A stretch of DNA of 28,932 bases from an uncultured Saprospiraceae bacterium (GCA_963933585.1 CAWVWD010000001.1:1-28932); one strand, 5' to 3'; counted from the stretch's first letter, positions 1 to 8,525 are shown. The notes: a model not told the origin generated them from the letters alone. Numbers and translations: made by a program.

Positions 1-7
1 TTTATCT

Positions 8-35
8 TTAATATTTAATATTTAATACTTAATAC
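8..35. repeat. Heptamer tandem repeat (TTAATAT/TTAATAC x4); any partner arm would lie outside the window
   Basis: ttaatat ttaatat ttaatac ttaatac, just downstream of the stop codon of the 310-aa ORF. Confidence 0.6.
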
Positions 36-42
36 TCAAGGC

Positions 43-975
43 TTAAAAAATAATACTTTTCCCACCACCTTTATTCAATGCATATTGCTTACCGTCCTTG
101 ATATAATAAACCTGAACAGCGTAATTTTCACTTTCTTTATTTTGATAATGAGGATAACGCAAGGTCTTCGCAGGGTTTCCCGTAAAACTAAAAACAACAC
201 CTTGAGCATCCCGTCCAGCATTCGCTTCTCGAGGAGAAACTGGAACTTCCTTATCCATATCCCAAATCACAACCATGAAAACTTCATCGTCCATCATGCC
301 TTCTTCACTGTGATATAATTCCAAGTCAATATCCGTATAAGTCCAACTTTTCGGACTTCTTGCACGTTTTCCATTGTCCTTTTTGGGAGAAATCCCGACA
401 TACTTCACTATCGTATTATTGGTAATTTCGAAGATGCGCTTTTTTAATAATAATTCCTCGCTAACTTCCTCTTTTTCAATCGTTTCCGTCACGATACTAT
501 CCTTTAATATTTCATTTTCTTCATATACTTCTGCCATTTTTTTACCAATCGCCATACGCTCATTTTCCATTCTATCAATCTCACCGCTATTGACAGTTTC
601 TAATCCTAATAATCGACCGATTTCTTTGACCAAGCTATCTTCCCGAATCTGCATTTCTTTCATCTGCTTACGATTCGCCAAAATTTGTTTTCCTTGTGCA
701 CTTAATCGTCTATTTAACCTAATAACTTCAAACTTCAATGTTTCGATGCTATCTCTCAATGATTGATTCTGTTCTCTTAACCTATAAATTTCTTCTTCTT
801 TCTCTCTTAATGATTGATTAATCGAACGCGTTGCTAATTTTTCACCGTCTAATGCTTCTTTATAAACAGATGCATGTTCGCTTGCGGTACTAACTCGCTG
901 TTCGCTCCAGATCCATAAGGCTAATAAGGCAATAATTATTGCGATTAAAATTCCAAATTTTGTTCTATTATCCAT
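43..975 (-). CDS. Hypothetical protein: N-terminal TM anchor, long coiled coil, C-terminal globular domain
   Basis: 310-aa ORF. Hydrophobic FGILIAIIIALLALWIW, then an E/K/R/L-rich helical region (~aa 35-180), then a beta-like C-terminus. Confidence 0.8.
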   Translation of the reverse strand: MDNRTKFGILIAIIIALLALWIWSEQRVSTASEHASVYKEALDGEKLATRSINQSLREKEEEIYRLREQNQSLRDSIETLKFEVIRLNRRLSAQGKQILANRKQMKEMQIREDSLVKEIGRLLGLETVNSGEIDRMENERMAIGKKMAEVYEENEILKDSIVTETIEKEEVSEELLLKKRIFEITNNTIVKYVGISPKKDNGKRARSPKSWTYTDIDLELYHSEEGMMDDEVFMVVIWDMDKEVPVSPREANAGRDAQGVVFSFTGNPAKTLRYPHYQNKESENYAVQVYYIKDGKQYALNKGGGKSIIF

Positions 976-1083
976 ACTACGTTGTTGTTTTTATTTTCTA
1001 ATTTTTTATATCAGACAATACTTTGACAAAGATGCAGTCTTTTTTTGAAAAAAACTAAATTTTCACACATAACTATTACATTA

Positions 1084-1896
1084 TCAGTATTTTAATACAT
1101 TGATAATATCATTAATGTTAATGTTTTTGCCGACCATTTTCGGAATAATATTCTGCCCAAATAATACCTTTTTTCCTACTTTTCTATAAGAAGCCAACGT
1201 TTTCAGAGGTTCTTTTCCTATCGTCGCATTATCTTGATTAATCGTTGTCACTAAGCATCTTGCACACGGTTTTACACCATAAAAACCTACTTCTCCAATC
1301 TGAAATTCTTTCCAATTATCTTCCTCATTCGGTTTACCACCGTTGAATACTAAATTCGGCCGAAAACGATTCATTGGCACACTTTCTTCTAATTTATCAT
1401 TCAAATAATCCAATGCAGATTCACCGATGACCAAAATCGGATAACCGTCTGCAAACCCTGTAATATCTCCATCATTCGCATACCGTCTATCCAACTGACG
1501 CAAACTGTCCTCAGGCATATATACCAATCGACATTTCTGATTTAAAACCTCAGAAAACCAGTTATTCGCTACTTCACTAACCGTATGAGCATCACATTCA
1601 TCATCCCAAACTTGAACCTTCAAATACTCCAAGGGCTTTGCCTCGAAAGAAATTTCTAAAACCTCCCTTTTATTCAATTTATGATAAACCTTTAAACCAT
1701 TTTCCAAGATTTCAACTTGTAATAAAGCCATTTCAGGAAAACTCCGTTGCGTCAAAAATCGTCCATTCTCATCCACTAACATCCATCTTCTATCGTATTT
1801 CAATCCTCTCTTAGTTACCAATGAAGACTTCAATGAAATTCCTCCTAATGATTTGATTGGATAAACCCATATTTCCGAAAGTATTAAATTTTCCAT
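1084..1896 (-). CDS. MOSC domain protein with N-terminal beta-barrel (YcbX/mARC-like)
   Basis: Motifs IWVYPIKSLGG, DRRWMLVD, FADGYPIL, NRFRPNLV, KPCARC, FGQN. Confidence 0.93.
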   Translation of the reverse strand: MENLILSEIWVYPIKSLGGISLKSSLVTKRGLKYDRRWMLVDENGRFLTQRSFPEMALLQVEILENGLKVYHKLNKREVLEISFEAKPLEYLKVQVWDDECDAHTVSEVANNWFSEVLNQKCRLVYMPEDSLRQLDRRYANDGDITGFADGYPILVIGESALDYLNDKLEESVPMNRFRPNLVFNGGKPNEEDNWKEFQIGEVGFYGVKPCARCLVTTINQDNATIGKEPLKTLASYRKVGKKVLFGQNIIPKMVGKNININDIINVLKY

Positions 1897-1975
1897 ATTT
1901 TGTTCCTTATATTCAGTGTATGCATTCTAATTTTCATACTTCAAAACCAGTATCAAATAATCTAAGACCCCGCTT

Positions 1976-2602
1976 ATGAAACAACTAATAGTAATTATCG
2001 CAATTTGCCTATTCTTTCTTAGTTGTGAAGATACAACGATTATCCCTTCTAAATTTCATAAAATAAAAGTTGCCATTCAGCCTTTTGAATCCTTTCCACA
2101 AGATATTACAAAAGAAGTTCAAATGGCAATAGATAGTATGTATGACATCGAATCCACCGTCTTATCACCAATCGACTTACCAAAACACGCTTATTATACA
2201 CCACGAAATCGTTATCGAGCAGATTCTTTAATTCGATATTTAAAACGAATAAAGATAAATGGTTATGATAAGATATTAGGACTAACAACTTCCGATATTT
2301 CCACGACAAAAGGAGATTACAAAGATTTTGGAATTATGGGCTTAGGATTTCGTCCAGGCTCAAGTTGTATCGGTTCACTTTATCGAGTTCAGCGAGGAGC
2401 AAGAAATAGAAAGCAAATTATAGAAAGATTCCGAAAAGTAACTATCCATGAGTTAGGACACAATTTTGGATTAAAACACTGTACTTATAATTCAAAGTGT
2501 TTGATGCAGTCTGCCAAGGGAAAAGTGGCAACCATTGATCATGCGGATGAAATTTTATGTGAGAATTGCCGAAAGCAAATCTCTTATGTACTTAAAGATT
2601 AA
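1976..2602 (+). CDS. Archaemetzincin-like (peptidase M54) Zn metalloprotease, predicted lipoprotein
   Basis: HELGHNFGLKHC zinc motif, CLM Met-turn, C-terminal LCENC, RNRYRADSL motif, N-terminal lipobox-like FLSC. Confidence 0.88.
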   Translation: MKQLIVIIAICLFFLSCEDTTIIPSKFHKIKVAIQPFESFPQDITKEVQMAIDSMYDIESTVLSPIDLPKHAYYTPRNRYRADSLIRYLKRIKINGYDKILGLTTSDISTTKGDYKDFGIMGLGFRPGSSCIGSLYRVQRGARNRKQIIERFRKVTIHELGHNFGLKHCTYNSKCLMQSAKGKVATIDHADEILCENCRKQISYVLKD

Positions 2603-2677
2603 TTAATTATGACCGTTCTAACCAACATAATAGTGCATTAAAACGGTCATTTTCAAGTATCCATTTTCAATCATCAA

Positions 2678-3226
2678 TTATTTTTCCGCAAAATCGGTCG
2701 GATCTGATTCAGAAATAATTAATGGAAAATCATTTCTAACTTTTTTTTGTAATTCAAAGTCCAAATCTTTAAAACTTTTTCCATAATAATCAGTTGCTAC
2801 TTCATTCCAAATTTCATTGTACGCCGCCCTTAATTCATTATAAACACTCAAATAAACTTGATAAGTCGTCGCTCTATCATTTTGCAAAGTAACAATTGCA
2901 CTTATAGGACTTTCTGATAAATTTGCATCATCCGAAGGATTCAAAATAAACGCTTTTGTTCGCTCTTTCAAATTTCCAATTTCTTCATTTTTGCCTTCGA
3001 CTAATAATTCGTCCTTCGCATTAAGGAATATTTTAAATACATTCCGCTCTTTAATATGGAAACTAATGACATCCTCCTCACCTATCGGTGGCAGCTTCAT
3101 CTTAATTCCCTTGTCCGTATCAATTGTCGTGGCGACCAAGAAAAAGATTAGCAACAAAAAAGCAATATCCGCCATCGAACCTGCACTGATAGCAGGACGT
3201 TCTCTACGTTCATTTTTCTTCAACAT
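2678..3226 (-). CDS. exbD: ExbD/TolR family protein (third copy, paralog of 4050..4595)
   Basis: SMADIAFLLLIFFLV TM helix with the conserved Asp; colinear with the 4050..4595 protein. Confidence 0.92.
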   Translation of the reverse strand: MLKKNERRERPAISAGSMADIAFLLLIFFLVATTIDTDKGIKMKLPPIGEEDVISFHIKERNVFKIFLNAKDELLVEGKNEEIGNLKERTKAFILNPSDDANLSESPISAIVTLQNDRATTYQVYLSVYNELRAAYNEIWNEVATDYYGKSFKDLDFELQKKVRNDFPLIISESDPTDFAEK

Positions 3227-3440
3227 CTTAAAAGGATTTTCAAGTAGTTTCTTAACAATAAATAAACCAAAACCATGGCGATTATTACATCAGGATATCA
3301 ATCCCAAGCTTTTGCAATAGGTTAATTAATAGTTTATCTTTTAAATTAAAAAACGACTTTGATTAATAAAAATAAGAGTTCTCCGGAAAAATCTATACTA
3401 ACTGAGATGCAAGTGAAGATTATTTTGGTGTATATTTTAT

Positions 3441-3476
3441 TTAGAATTTAAGGTTAAGATTGAATTTAAGGTTAAA
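3441..3476. repeat. Degenerate hexamer tandem repeat
   Basis: ttagaa tttaag gttaag attgaa tttaag gttaaa (6-nt period, 18-nt superperiod). Confidence 0.55.
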
Positions 3477-3493
3477 AGTATTCCTTAAACACA

Positions 3494-3520
3494 AAAAGGC
3501 TACTCATTGAGTAGCCTTTT
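3494..3520 (-). terminator. Intrinsic terminator of the exbB-exbD operon
   Basis: aaaaggctactca-t-tgagtagcctttt inverted repeat 25 nt past the exbD stop, with a U-run on the minus strand. Confidence 0.85.
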
Positions 3521-3544
3521 CGATAAACTGATATTAATTCAATT

Positions 3545-4018
3545 TTATAAATCATCTGTTCTAAAACGTGCAGAATAATTCAATCTCAACTGGTTTGATT
3601 GGCGGAGTTTCGTTTTTACATCCGAAACAATACCCATCGTAGCTTCTCTATCTACTCTCAAAGATGTTGTGATATAATCACGTTCCCTTTCATTCACCTT
3701 AAGCTTTTCTTGCTCAAGGAATAAAGGAATATCATCTACGATAGCAAACTGATCATTCAACTGCATACGAGGTGCAGTACCATACTGAGCTTGAAATTGA
3801 GGTAAAGGAGCCCCAACATAAATATAATGCACAAGAGATTTACGCTCTAATTTTTCTAATTCTGTTGCATTTGGAACAGTTACTTTCACCTTTAAAGATG
3901 AATCCTTCATAACTGTAACCACCATAAAGAAGAATAAGAGCATGAAGATAATATCAGGAAGCGACGCCGTTGATATTTCAGGTGTTGAAGCACCTCGTTT
4001 TTTTGAAAACTTAGACAT
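3545..4018 (-). CDS. exbD: ExbD/TolR family protein (second type)
   Basis: ISTASLPDIIFMLLFFFMVVT TM helix with Asp; MGIVSDVKTKLR C-terminal motif. Confidence 0.92.
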   Translation of the reverse strand: MSKFSKKRGASTPEISTASLPDIIFMLLFFFMVVTVMKDSSLKVKVTVPNATELEKLERKSLVHYIYVGAPLPQFQAQYGTAPRMQLNDQFAIVDDIPLFLEQEKLKVNERERDYITTSLRVDREATMGIVSDVKTKLRQSNQLRLNYSARFRTDDL

Positions 4019-4049
4019 AATTCACTTTTTTGATAGTTCTTCAATAAAT

Positions 4050-4595
4050 TTATTCTTCTCCAAAATCTGTTGGTTCTGCTTCAGAGATTACAAGCGGTAT
4101 ACCAGCACGAATTGTCTTCTGCATATCAAAGCTCAGGTCTTTATAAGAGCGACCATTTTGCAATTGTGATTCGGCTTCCCAAATTTCATTATATGCAGCT
4201 TTTAATTCATTATATACCGTTAAGTATGTTTCGTACTCCGTACCACGGTCATTTTTAAGAGAGATAATCGCATTTTCGGGACTTTCAGATAAATCCGCAC
4301 GATTTGTAGGATTCATAATAAATTCCTTTGTTTTTTCTCTTAAATCTGCTTTATCCATAGACTCGCCACGCACTAATAACTCATTATTAGCATTCACTAA
4401 CACAGAGAAAACGTTACGAGTTTTTAATTTAAGCGGATCCGGTATTTCATCAGACCATGGTGGAAGTTTTACTCTGATTCCCTTATCGATGTCAATTGTT
4501 GTTGTCACCAAAAAGAAAATCAGCAACAAGAAAGCGATATCTGCCATTGAACTTGCATTAACAGCAGGGGCTTCACGTCTTGATTTCTTTGCCAT
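4050..4595 (-). CDS. exbD: ExbD/TolR family protein
   Basis: VNASSMADIAFLLLIFFLVTTTI motif; position in the operon after exbB. Confidence 0.93.
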   Translation of the reverse strand: MAKKSRREAPAVNASSMADIAFLLLIFFLVTTTIDIDKGIRVKLPPWSDEIPDPLKLKTRNVFSVLVNANNELLVRGESMDKADLREKTKEFIMNPTNRADLSESPENAIISLKNDRGTEYETYLTVYNELKAAYNEIWEAESQLQNGRSYKDLSFDMQKTIRAGIPLVISEAEPTDFGEE

Positions 4596-4602
4596 GTTCT
4601 AA

Positions 4603-5118
4603 TTATTTGAATAAGTTACGAATCTCTGATATTATTAATGCCGCAACAGCTAATACAAGTACAATTACAGTTGTATTAATTGCTCCACTAATTAATCCTC
4701 TTTGTCCGTCAGTTACGCCAAATTCATTTGCTGCATCCATAACGCCTCTACTATCAATATTAGAAGACATCATTTTACCGACGATAAAAAATACTATTAA
4801 TCCTACAATGATAATCACTGAGGTCATTGCTTGTTTTGGACTATCAATCAATAATGAAATAAAGTGATATAATCCAAATCCTATTGTAGCAATGGCAGCG
4901 ACTGCCAAAAGAAAATAGGTGATATACAATCCTAAGTCAAACTGTGTTAGTGATACTAACTTTTTTTGAGTTTCCGCAGCATCCATATTTGTAAATGAAT
5001 CCGCACCCAAATCCGCAGTTCCCGGATTAGTCATGACGAGAATAATAAATAGTAATGATAAAACTACCCCCGACACGAACGCTATTGTTTGTCCGTTTTT
5101 GGTTAAAAAGCTATACAT
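4603..5118 (-). CDS. Hypothetical 4-TM membrane protein between exbB and exbD
   Basis: 171 aa with four hydrophobic segments; 7-8 nt spacing to both neighbours. Confidence 0.85.
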   Translation of the reverse strand: MYSFLTKNGQTIAFVSGVVLSLLFIILVMTNPGTADLGADSFTNMDAAETQKKLVSLTQFDLGLYITYFLLAVAAIATIGFGLYHFISLLIDSPKQAMTSVIIIVGLIVFFIVGKMMSSNIDSRGVMDAANEFGVTDGQRGLISGAINTTVIVLVLAVAALIISEIRNLFK

Positions 5119-5126
5119 TATAGTTC

Positions 5127-5969
5127 TTATTTAGTTTTAACAATATCTTTATCTACTAAAATGTCAACAATAGAAATAGAAGCATCTTCCATTCTGTTAA
5201 CAATACTGTCAATTTTTGAAACGATATAATTATAAAAAATTTGAAGGATAATCGCAACAACCAAACCAAATACAGTTGTTAACAAGGCTACCTTGATACC
5301 ACCTGCAACAATTTGTGGAGAGATATCACCAACTTCTGCAATCTTATCAAAAGCCGAAATCATACCGATTACCGTACCCATGAAACCTAACATCGGAGCA
5401 ATAGAGATGAATAATGAAATCCATACTAAACCACGCTCTAAAAGTCCCATCTGAACAGCACCGTAAGAAACGATTGCTTTCTCAACACTTTCAGCACCTT
5501 CACCTGAACGCTTCAAGCCTTCATGTAAAATACTTGCAGTAGGTCCTTGAGTTCCTTTACATACTTCCATAGCAGCTTCAACACCACCATTGTCTAATGC
5601 ATCCTCAATTTTTGATAATAATTTATCAGTGTTAGTAGAAGCAATATTTAATGTAATCACACGCTCAATAGCAAATGCTAATCCTAAGATTAAACAAACT
5701 AATACTAGAGACATGAACTGCCAGCTACCTTCAATGAAATAACGCTTTAATAATTGATGTCCAAAATCAGAACCACCAGCTTCTTCAACAGGCGCTTCAA
5801 CAACAGTTTCCTCAACAACAGGTTGTTCTACTACTTGTTGTTGTTCTACTGCTTGTTGTTGTTCTGTTACTTCTCCTTGTTCTTGTATTTGTTGTTGTTG
5901 TGCAAAAGCATCATTGCTTGCAAAAACAGCCAAACACAGCACGAAAACGAGCACAAATAGTTTTCTCAT
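5127..5969 (-). CDS. exbB: MotA/TolQ/ExbB proton channel family protein
   Basis: APMLGFMGTVIGMISAF and GGIKVALLTTVFGL motifs; N-terminal signal peptide followed by a Q/E/V-rich linker. Confidence 0.95.
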   Translation of the reverse strand: MRKLFVLVFVLCLAVFASNDAFAQQQQIQEQGEVTEQQQAVEQQQVVEQPVVEETVVEAPVEEAGGSDFGHQLLKRYFIEGSWQFMSLVLVCLILGLAFAIERVITLNIASTNTDKLLSKIEDALDNGGVEAAMEVCKGTQGPTASILHEGLKRSGEGAESVEKAIVSYGAVQMGLLERGLVWISLFISIAPMLGFMGTVIGMISAFDKIAEVGDISPQIVAGGIKVALLTTVFGLVVAIILQIFYNYIVSKIDSIVNRMEDASISIVDILVDKDIVKTK

Positions 5970-6083
5970 AACGATAGGATTTTTCGAGTTGTATTATGTT
6001 TTAAAAATTTACAAAAAAGATTTTAAAAATCTGGTTATATTTAATAGTAATTATACTTAGCATTTGCTCCGTATTCATTACTG

Positions 6084-6171
6084 CGGAGAGAGTGGGATTC
6101 GAACCCACGAAACCCTTGTGGGGTTTACACGCTTTCCAAGCGTGCGCCTTCGGCCACTCGGCCACCTCTCC
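6084..6171 (-). tRNA. tRNA-Ser(GGA)
   Basis: GGAGAGGTGGCCGAGTGG...CACGC-TTGGAAA-GCGTG, long variable arm, GGTTCGAATCC, CTCTCCG; no encoded CCA. Confidence 0.97.
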
Positions 6172-6314
6172 AAATCATTTACCTCTCTATTAGTGGTGAA
6201 ATTTGCGATTACTCAGAATAATATTAATCTAATTAACCACAGGATCCACAAAAATTGTAAATAAAAGTTGTAATTCAAAATTTTTTCATTCCATGTTCTT
6301 AAAAACATGCAATC

Positions 6315-7082
6315 TTACACTTTAAAGACAGTTAAAGCATTTTTTGTAGTCACTTTCGCTACAATTTCTTCACTCAAATCCTTAACTGCTGCTAATTTCG
6401 ACGCTACATACTTTATATAGCTACTCTCATTTCGCTTTCCCCTTTTCGGTGTCGGAGATAAATAAGGTGCATCTGTCTCTAAAACCAAATATTCCATTGG
6501 AATATCTTTTACAACATGATCTAAACCTGATTTTTTGAACGTCAAAACACCACCTAAACCCATGTAGAATTCCAAGTCCATAATCTGACGAGCTTGCTCT
6601 ATTGTTCCTGAAAAACAGTGGAAAATTCCTGTCAATCTTTCGTCCTTTTCTTCCTTAACAATCTGGATGATTTCGTCTATTGAATCTCGTGCATGGATAA
6701 TGATTGGAACATTCAACTCTTTTGCCCAATTAATCTGTTCCCGAAAAGCGATTTTTTGAATATCAAAAGTCGATTTATCCCAATACAAATCAATTCCAAT
6801 CTCCCCTACTGCCTTGAAAGAACGTTCACCAAGCCATTTTTCGACGATTTTTAACTCCTCTTTATAATTTTCTTTTACAGAACAAGGATGTAAACCCATT
6901 AAAGCATGACACTTATCAGGAAAAGCTGCTTCCAACTCAAACATTCCTTCGATAGATTCACTATCTATATTCGGTAAAAAAATCTTTTCAACACCTTCAT
7001 CAAAAGCACGTTGCATAACTGTATTCCTATCTGCTTCAAATTGTTCTGAATACAAATGTGCATGTGTATCTATCAATCCCAT
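6315..7082 (-). CDS. tatD: TatD family DNase/amidohydrolase
   Basis: DTHAHL, GEIGID, IIHAR, FHCFSG and LETDAPYL motifs. Confidence 0.96.
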   Translation of the reverse strand: MGLIDTHAHLYSEQFEADRNTVMQRAFDEGVEKIFLPNIDSESIEGMFELEAAFPDKCHALMGLHPCSVKENYKEELKIVEKWLGERSFKAVGEIGIDLYWDKSTFDIQKIAFREQINWAKELNVPIIIHARDSIDEIIQIVKEEKDERLTGIFHCFSGTIEQARQIMDLEFYMGLGGVLTFKKSGLDHVVKDIPMEYLVLETDAPYLSPTPKRGKRNESSYIKYVASKLAAVKDLSEEIVAKVTTKNALTVFKV

Positions 7083-7115
7083 TATCCCCTATTTTAATAA
7101 AACAACAATAATACA

Positions 7116-7123
7116 CAAAGATA
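7116..7123 (-). promoter_or_regulatory. Bacteroidota sigma-A -7 box (TATCTTTG) upstream of tatD
   Basis: Exact TAnnTTTG match 34 nt upstream of the ATG; -33 element not established. Confidence 0.55.
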
Positions 7124-7263
7124 GAATTTTGAGGTTTTTCTCATAAAAAGAAGCGATAATATTTGGCAATATATAGAATAGAAATGCAAATTTATCAATT
7201 CTTGTAAAGAAGTAAAGAAAAATAAATAAAGTTGCGCCACCAATATGTACTTATTCTTTCAAG

Positions 7264-7367
7264 AATCTGCTCGACGAGCAACAGTCGGACGAACCAAAAA
7301 GCAGTGCATAATCGTAATTATAGACTTATTTTTGATGTAACTGGCCTTCTGTGCGAACGGGCAGATT
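7264..7367 (+). ncRNA. Putative 6S RNA (6S-Flavo-like), ~104 nt rod with internal bubbles
   Basis: Closing stem AAUCUGCUCG/CGGGCAGAUU, inner helices GC-A-ACAG/CUGU-GC and CAGU-GCAU/AUGU-A-ACUG, apical AUAAU-CGUA-AUUAU. G-U pairs favour the + strand. GC-enriched island in AT-rich DNA. Confidence 0.6.
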
Positions 7368-8118
7368 ATTAAAAAAAAGAAAAAATATTTTCAAGCAACG
7401 TAATTTATTTCTCCTCACTAATGTAAAGTTCTCATCTTTTCTGGAAAGAAATAGTTAAAATGTATGAATTATACCTTTGAAAGTACGAAAAGAGATAATC
7501 ACTGTGTGAATGATTCCCAAAGGAACGGCAAAATCATTTCGGAATTTAAATAGTATTAAATTCTTTGTGTCACTTATTTTTTATCGTGCCTAACCTTTTA
7601 CAGTTTTGAAAACTTATTATATCATACTGATTTTAATCCTATCAATATTCATCCGAATATTAATAGGATGAGAAATTCTAAAAAGCAGAATAAGTACAAA
7701 TAGCTTTTTGAAACCCTTCCTGTAAAAATATATTTATTAAAATAAGGAATAAGATAGGGATAATGAATACCGATGAACTAAACTAAAAAAATGGATGCTA
7801 AGTTATTTCGTATTTTTATAACCTATCATTAAATAGGGGCAAATACCTCAGAACATAATTACAATCTTGGATTCGTATTTTCGATTGGCATTTTAGATTA
7901 AATCTACTGGAAAAATCAATTAAATCTTATTCTTACTTATTTTGGTTAAAAAAGGCAGGAGATTTTATTGATGAATATTATTCCACCAAAGTAATAATTT
8001 AACAAAATAACGAACCGGCTTTGGTTTTCAAAAAGATAGTTTAGTGCATTTATCCTTGTCATTAAAGAAATCAAAGAAGGTATTATGAATAACGCTGAAA
8101 ATATAGCTAAAACTAAAA

Positions 8119-8146
8119 AAAGCATCTTCATTGCTGAAGATGCTTT
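8119..8146 (-). terminator. Intrinsic terminator after tRNA-Val
   Basis: Minus strand AAAGCATCTTCA-GCAA-TGAAGATGCTTT followed by further Ts. Confidence 0.88.
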
Positions 8147-8153
8147 CTATTCG

Positions 8154-8228
8154 TCGGGACTACTGGATTCGAACCAGTGACCTCTGCCCTGTCAAGGCAG
8201 CGCTCTAAACCAACTGAGCTAAGCTCCG
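8154..8228 (-). tRNA. tRNA-Val(GAC)
   Basis: CGGAGCT-TAGCTCAGTTGGTTTAGAGC, CTGCC-TTGACAG-GGCAG, ACTGG-TTCGAAT-CCAGT, AGTCCCG-A; one A4-C69 mismatch in the acceptor stem. Confidence 0.93.
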
Positions 8229-8248
8229 ATAAACTTTTACTTTAAATT

Positions 8249-8285
8249 AAAAAAAAGCATTTTCCGAAGAAAATGCCTTTTTTTT
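8249..8285 (-). terminator. Intrinsic terminator between tRNA-Pro and tRNA-Val
   Basis: Minus strand GCATTTTC-TTCG-GAAAATGC followed by T8. Confidence 0.8.
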
Positions 8286-8287
8286 AG

Positions 8288-8362
8288 TCGGGGCGGCAGG
8301 ATTCGAACCTGCGACCCCCTGGTCCCAAACCAGGTGCGCTAACCGGGCTGCGCTACGCCCCG
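8288..8362 (-). tRNA. tRNA-Pro(TGG)
   Basis: CGGGGCGTAGCGCAGCCCGGTTAGCGC, CCTGG-TTTGGGA-CCAGG, GGTTCGAATCC, CGCCCCGA. Confidence 0.97.
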
Positions 8363-8382
8363 AAATTTCTTATTTTACAATG

Positions 8383-8471
8383 CGGTGAGAGCGGGATTCG
8401 AACCCGCGGTACCTCGTTAAAAGTACGTCAGTTTAGCAAACTGGTGGTTTAAACCACTCACCCATCTCACC
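8383..8471 (-). tRNA. tRNA-Ser(GCT)
   Basis: GGTGAGATGGGTGAGTGG, CAGT-TTGCTAA-ACTG, long variable arm, GGTTCGAATCC, TCTCACCG. Confidence 0.97.
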
Positions 8472-8525
8472 AATTGTTTCTATGGATAAATTGCTAATTT
8501 AATTTACTTTCCTTCGAAAGCGGTG

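Noticed and set aside
2609-2650. Terminator between the M54 gene and exbD3
   Set aside because: Only a 9-bp IR (atgaccgtt/aacggtcat) with a 24-nt loop; too weak to call
6064-6264. 66-aa ORF
   Set aside because: It is the antisense reading of tRNA-Ser(GGA)
7946-8131. 61-aa hydrophobic ORF
   Set aside because: It starts inside the tRNA-Val terminator, and its composition is what AT-rich non-coding DNA yields
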